Source: Candidatus Iainarchaeum sp.
Lineage (GTDB): Archaea; Iainarchaeota; Iainarchaeia; Iainarchaeales; CSSED10-239
Direction of reading: 5' to 3'
DNA: 32,000 nt
Assembly: GCA_037441475.1 (NCBI GenBank)
Contig: JBBISB010000001.1
Coordinates: 366,418-398,417, forward strand
In this document: positions 27,574-32,000 of the stretch, one piece after another
Layout of the letters: each line of letters opens with the position of its first letter
How positions within the stretch are numbered: position 1 is the first letter of the stretch
Translations under genes and position numbers: made by a program
The notes under the pieces: generated by a model
Database searches by the model: none
The model's input: the letters and a program-made list of their open reading frames with translations, nothing else
What the model was told of the DNA's origin: nothing

Positions 27574-27927
27574 AGGAATAGTTTTTCAATTGATGCTTTG
27601 CTTGCCCTTCTCTTTGTAGCTCTTCTCTCCTTAGTATTTGTTTCAGGGGTTTTAAGTTCCTCTAAAGATGTTGAAAAAATAATAATAAATAACCAGATAT
27701 CCGATCTTTTAATAACCTATCAACTTCTTGAGATTAAAGATCTTCAAGAACTAAAAGATAACTACCTTTTACTTTTTAAAGAAAGAAAAGGTTATTTAAT
27801 AATAGATAACCAAAAAATAGAAATCAATAATAAAAATAATTACAAAACAAGAATAATTTCACAAAACATTAAATATATTAATAGTTCTAATGAAGAGATA
27901 TATATAGAAGTAGGAGTTTATTATTAA
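27563..27927 (+). CDS. Pilin-like protein with apparent 1-nt shift near a T5 tract (27582-27586)
   Basis: Track ORF 27598-27927. GTG at 27563 reads MNNKGIVF; with a -1 shift it joins SIDALLALLFVALLSLVFVSGVLSS. Confidence 0.5.
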
Positions 27928-28658
27928 TGTTTTACATAATTGGAATTGGACTTGCAAATACTCAGTTAACAGTTGAGGGACTTGAAGCTATCAATAAATC
28001 TAAAGAGATATATATTGATAACTATACAAACATCCTCTCACAAGGAGATATAAAAGACCTTGAAAAGTTAATTGGAAAAAAAATAACTCAGCTTAACAGA
28101 ACAGAGCTTGAAATAGAAAAAGAGTACCTTAAAGACCAAGCATGCCTTTTGGTTATTGGTAGTCCACTTTCAGCAACAACACATTTTTCTTTGTTTGAGG
28201 AGCTTAAGAAAAGAAACATAGATTATAAAGTTATTGTGGGAATATCAATCTTTAACTATAGAGCAAGCTTTGGTTTATATGAGTACAAGTTTGGAAAAAC
28301 AGCATCCATTGTTTATCCTGAAAAAAATTATTTTCCAAAAAGTTTTTACAACCTAATAACAGATAACCTTAAAATAAATGCACATACCTTGTGTCTTTTA
28401 GATATCAAGGTTTTAGAAAATAGGTTTATGTCTGTTAAGGAAGCGTGTGAGATTTTAGAAGAGATTGACCAAGATAAGGTTTTAGAAAATAGAACTTGTG
28501 CTCTTCTCTCTTGTATGGGTTCAAGAGATGAAAAAATAATTGTTTTTACTTTTAAAGAATATAATAAACTTAAAGAACATCCTAAACCACAGAGCCTAGT
28601 TATTTGTGCAGATTTAAATGATTTTGAAAAAGTGAGTGTTGATGAATACAGATGTTAA
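27927..28658 (+). CDS. dphB: Diphthine synthase
   Basis: 243 aa; MFYIIGIGLANTQLTVEGLEAI, IGSPLSATTHFSLFEELKKRNIDYKVI. Confidence 0.9.
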   Translation: MFYIIGIGLANTQLTVEGLEAINKSKEIYIDNYTNILSQGDIKDLEKLIGKKITQLNRTELEIEKEYLKDQACLLVIGSPLSATTHFSLFEELKKRNIDYKVIVGISIFNYRASFGLYEYKFGKTASIVYPEKNYFPKSFYNLITDNLKINAHTLCLLDIKVLENRFMSVKEACEILEEIDQDKVLENRTCALLSCMGSRDEKIIVFTFKEYNKLKEHPKPQSLVICADLNDFEKVSVDEYRC

Positions 28659-28929
28659 GGAGTACACCTTAAAGTACAGGTTGCTTTTAGAAAAAGCATT
28701 AAAGACTATAAAGATAAACATTGAGAATGAATCTTTTTTAAGAGATGTTTCTAAAGACTATTTATCAATGGCAGAAAATTACTTGAAAGATGGAATTGTT
28801 CTTCAAGAGAAAGGAGACTTTCCAAGAGCACTTGCCTCTTTTTCATATGCCTACGGCTGGATTGATGCAGGAGTAAGGGTAGGTTTGTTTTATGGAGTTG
28901 ACAGAGATATGTTTACTCTCTATAAATAA
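28636..28929 (+). CDS. DUF357 family protein
   Basis: 97 aa; AENYLKDGIVLQEKGDFPRALASFSYAYGWIDAGVRVGLF. Confidence 0.75.
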   Translation: MLMNTDVKEYTLKYRLLLEKALKTIKINIENESFLRDVSKDYLSMAENYLKDGIVLQEKGDFPRALASFSYAYGWIDAGVRVGLFYGVDRDMFTLYK

Positions 28930-28944
28930 AAAAAGGAATGTTTT

Positions 28945-29442
28945 ATGAAAGCATATTTAGAAGGAAAAAACTGTAAGGTTATAGATAACAACCTAAAATC
29001 CAGGCTTATAAGTAAGGGGTATGGTTTAAAAAAAGAAAAATACCTTGAAATTGATTTGTTTGAAAGTTATTACCTTTTTGAAAAAGAAAAAATAAATATT
29101 ATTTTTAAAGAAAAAGAAATTACTTTAGAAACTTTTAGAAAATACTGCCAAGAAAAAATAAAAAACTTCAAAGATAAGTATCTTGTCTACAAGGACTTTA
29201 AGGAAAAAGGATATATTGTTAAGGACGGAGCAATCTTTGGTTTTGATTTTAGGATATATGAAGGTAAGTCAAAGACTCATGAACATACAAAGTATGTTGT
29301 GGATGTTAAGAGAACACATAAAGACGAGATGAATAAAGTAATTAAGTCAGAGAGACTTGCAAACAGTGTTAAGACAAAGTATATTATCGCCATAATTGAC
29401 ATGGAAGATAAAATAACTAAAATAAAATTAGAAAGAATCTAA
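28945..29442 (+). CDS. endA: tRNA-splicing endonuclease
   Basis: 165 aa; YLVYKDFKEKGYIVKDGAIFGFDFRIYEGKSKTHEHTKYVVDV. Confidence 0.88.
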   Translation: MKAYLEGKNCKVIDNNLKSRLISKGYGLKKEKYLEIDLFESYYLFEKEKINIIFKEKEITLETFRKYCQEKIKNFKDKYLVYKDFKEKGYIVKDGAIFGFDFRIYEGKSKTHEHTKYVVDVKRTHKDEMNKVIKSERLANSVKTKYIIAIIDMEDKITKIKLERI

Positions 29443-29882
29443 GAACATCTTGTTTCCCAGTAGTTTAAAGGACACTGGGTATTTCTTACTTGAACTGTTA
29501 TTGGCCTTTCAGCATTATAGTCTTCAATTATAAAGAAATCAGATTCTCCTTGTAAAAGTGACTTTGACTCTAAAACATTAACATTTGAAAAATTTACTTG
29601 CTGATATCTATCTATTAAAATAACATTAAAGTTATAATCTCTTTTAAAATCTATTTTTCCAGAGTTAATCATGTTAACAGTAACGGTTTCTTCACTAATA
29701 TTATAAGCACAAGATATGAAATTAATGTATGCACCTACACACTCTTTATCAACAGTGTTATCTGCATCCTTTGTGTTTTTAGTAACAAAGTCAGATCCCC
29801 ATGATAAAAGTATAGCTACTAAAGCTAAAGATACGACAATAAGAAGAATGGTTGCTATTATTGGGCTGATTGCTTTTTTCAT
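29439..29882 (-). CDS. Archaeal type IV pilin, four-cysteine type
   Basis: KKAISPIIATILLIVVSLALVAILLSW; CVGAYINFISC and CPLNYWETRC. Confidence 0.85.
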   Translation of the reverse strand: MKKAISPIIATILLIVVSLALVAILLSWGSDFVTKNTKDADNTVDKECVGAYINFISCAYNISEETVTVNMINSGKIDFKRDYNFNVILIDRYQQVNFSNVNVLESKSLLQGESDFFIIEDYNAERPITVQVRNTQCPLNYWETRCS

Positions 29883-29972
29883 AAATATTCATTTTTAAAA
29901 GATTTTAAAAAAATAAACCTCCTCTTTCTTTAACAAAAGAGAAAGGCCTATATATTGTTAAAAATTTTTTCC

Positions 29973-30455
29973 TTATTTACTACAGTTCTTGATTTGTGCA
30001 ACTGCATCAGCTGAACAAGAACTTGAAACAACCTTTACATCATATCTTCCAGAAGCTGTACCTGGGAAGTTAGCATCATCAATAACAAACATTGCTGTTT
30101 GACCTGGAGCTATACCTGATCCCCATACTGTTTCTGTTTGAGATCTTTTTAAATTTAATGTAGAGTTACCGTCAGTTACATTTACGATATTTAAGATAAA
30201 GTCATCAGCAGCAGGGAAATTAACTGTACCTATGTTTTGAACGTAAAATATCATTTTATCATTTGCGTTTATCATACAACCAGAAGTTTGGATAGCAGCA
30301 CCCATACAACTTGTATCAACTACACCAGTTGCATCAGAAAGACTATCTATTGTAAACGATTTACCCCATGCAACAACTATTGCAATTAATGCAACAGCAA
30401 CAACTATTAAAAGGATTGTTGCAATTAATGGAGATATTGCTTTTTTCATATTCAT
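29973..30455 (-). CDS. Archaeal type IV pilin, four-cysteine type
   Basis: KKAISPLIATILLIVVAVALIAIVVAWGKSF; CMGAAIQTSGC and CSADAVAQIKNC. Confidence 0.87.
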   Translation of the reverse strand: MNMKKAISPLIATILLIVVAVALIAIVVAWGKSFTIDSLSDATGVVDTSCMGAAIQTSGCMINANDKMIFYVQNIGTVNFPAADDFILNIVNVTDGNSTLNLKRSQTETVWGSGIAPGQTAMFVIDDANFPGTASGRYDVKVVSSSCSADAVAQIKNCSK

Positions 30456-30488
30456 TTTATATCACCTTATATTTTTAATTTTTTTAAT

Positions 30489-30950
30489 TTAACTACATCT
30501 AGAGATATATGACACTCTATCAGGACAATTTTTCACATGTATCTGCACTCTCTTTAATGGTGTTTGAAGTCCTTTGATTCCATCAACATCGTTTATAAAA
30601 GAACCTAAAGACATAGCATTACCAGTAAATGAAGGAGTAATTTCAGTACTTGCAATATTATTTGCATTATCAATAATGGTTAAAACAATATTTTGATCAA
30701 TCTTAATGGTAGATCTGTCAAATATTATTAAACTACCAAAACCATTTAATGAAGTGTAAGAACACCCTGAATCAATATATATGTTAACATTACTACAATC
30801 TATCCACTCTGAAGAAGTATCTGAAACACTGGTAGTGGTATCTCTAAAATTTTGAGAAGACCATGAATAAAGAATACCTGCTAAAGATAAAGCTACAGCA
30901 ACTAAAAGAATTGTTGCAATTAATGGAGATAATGCTTTTTTTTTATTCAT
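30489..30950 (-). CDS. Archaeal type IV pilin, four-cysteine type
   Basis: KKALSPLIATILLVAVALSLAGILYSW; CSNVNIYIDSGC and CPDRVSYISRC. Confidence 0.87.
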   Translation of the reverse strand: MNKKKALSPLIATILLVAVALSLAGILYSWSSQNFRDTTTSVSDTSSEWIDCSNVNIYIDSGCSYTSLNGFGSLIIFDRSTIKIDQNIVLTIIDNANNIASTEITPSFTGNAMSLGSFINDVDGIKGLQTPLKRVQIHVKNCPDRVSYISRCS

Positions 30951-31059
30951 AACGTTTCTTTTTAATATATATTAAATGGATTCTTAAATTAATAATAATA
31001 TATACTATAACATATATAAACCTATCTTCTTTGGTTACCTTAAGGATTTTGTTTATAGG

Positions 31060-31926
31060 TTACAAGAAAATTGCAGAAACTATTACATATAATGGAACTG
31101 CAACCCCTACAAGTATTATGGAGTGCCTTATACCTGCTATAAAATTATTTTCAGAGATTAAACCAATGGTTGGACCTGCAAATAAACCTTGAATTACTAT
31201 TAAATATAAAAAATATTTATTAAAATTTACATTATCCATTGATGCTGCATTTGATGTACTTTCTCCTGTTAAAGAAACTGTACTGTTACTTAACATAGGA
31301 AGGAAAACAATCTGGATTATTAAAATAATTGCAATAAAGACAAAAAACATAAAGTAACTTGAAAAAACTGTAGAGAAGGTTTTAGATTTTCTTTCCTCTA
31401 CCATGTCATTAATAGTCTTTACATAATCGGAGATTGAAGAAAATATTTTGATAATGTTTCCACCAACCTTTGTTGTTTCAGAGATAATCTGTGTTACTTG
31501 CTTAAAAACTTGACTATCAATATTACCAAAAACTTCATTTAAAGCAACATCAAAAGAAACACCAATCTTAATTTGTGCTGCAATTCTTTTTATTGGCTCA
31601 TTTAAATGACCATAATCATGCCTTGAAGCAACCTCAATTGCAGTAACAATATTCATACCACCTTGAAGAAGATCTTTTAAGTCATCTAAGAAAATATAAA
31701 GATTTCTTTCATATGACTTTATTCTTGCAGTGTATATCTGTGCTGCAATACCTATTGATGCTAAGATTGGAAAGATGGCAAACACTAAAAACTTTGTATT
31801 AAATAAAAGAACAAAAAAAATAATAGAGCCTACTAAACCATAAATAATATAGTCTACGAAAAACTTTTGTTTTTCAGATAAATTAATACCAAATTCTTTA
31901 AAAAAATCCATAATTACATCAACCAC
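31060..31926 (-). CDS. TadC/FlaJ-like type II/IV secretion membrane protein
   Basis: 288 aa with several hydrophobic helices; LKDLLQGGMNIVTAIEVASRHDYGHLNEPIKRIAAQIKIGVSFDVAL. Confidence 0.8.
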   Translation of the reverse strand: MVDVIMDFFKEFGINLSEKQKFFVDYIIYGLVGSIIFFVLLFNTKFLVFAIFPILASIGIAAQIYTARIKSYERNLYIFLDDLKDLLQGGMNIVTAIEVASRHDYGHLNEPIKRIAAQIKIGVSFDVALNEVFGNIDSQVFKQVTQIISETTKVGGNIIKIFSSISDYVKTINDMVEERKSKTFSTVFSSYFMFFVFIAIILIIQIVFLPMLSNSTVSLTGESTSNAASMDNVNFNKYFLYLIVIQGLFAGPTIGLISENNFIAGIRHSIILVGVAVPLYVIVSAIFL

Positions 31927-32000
31927 TCACTAAGTTAAGCACAGCTATAAAAGAAATATTTACTATTGGAACTAATAAAAATACACCAATCTGGAGAACA
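31919..32000 (-). CDS. C-terminal fragment of a second membrane protein, probably TadC/FlaJ-like
   Basis: Reverse complement reads ...VLQIGVFLLVPIVNISFIAVLNLVSG*, overlapping the start of the downstream TadC-like gene. Confidence 0.45.
   Translation of the reverse strand, partial: VLQIGVFLLVPIVNISFIAVLNLVSG

Noticed and set aside
1-32000. CRISPR array, tRNA or rRNA genes
   Set aside because: No regularly spaced direct repeats with unique spacers and no tRNA/rRNA-like GC-rich structured stretch was recognised by eye.

Overview
AT-rich archaeal window (about 32 kb), probably DPANN-like, inferred from gene content: Hel308-type helicase, TruD, aRF1, aIF2-alpha, GINS-like protein, primase small subunit, Rad50, HerA, PCNA, Orc1/Cdc6, DphB, EndA and archaeal type IV pilins. 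Main signals: (1) The left edge holds part of a diversity-generating retroelement (DGR). Its reverse transcriptase runs off the window and carries an in-frame TAA. Its apparent target (1178-2545) is a pilin-type N-terminus fused to a formylglycine-enzyme / C-type-lectin-like domain. That gene ends in a GC-rich variable-repeat-like 3' end, followed by a perfect 8-bp hairpin. (2) aRF1 is interrupted by an about 434-aa LAGLIDADG-type intein placed exactly after the catalytic GGQ. (3) Several accessory or surface genes are each broken by a single in-frame stop (TAA, TAA, TAG, TGA) or by a 1-nt shift, often at a homopolymer, and the reading frame resumes coherently afterwards. Large housekeeping genes are intact. 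This could be decay, assembly error, phase variation or recoding. (4) A large surface repeat protein has two G6 tracts just after its membrane anchor. (5) Two pilin/secretion clusters are present, one containing three paralogous four-cysteine pilins beside TadC/FlaJ-like proteins. The DGR template repeat was not found and is probably just outside the window.
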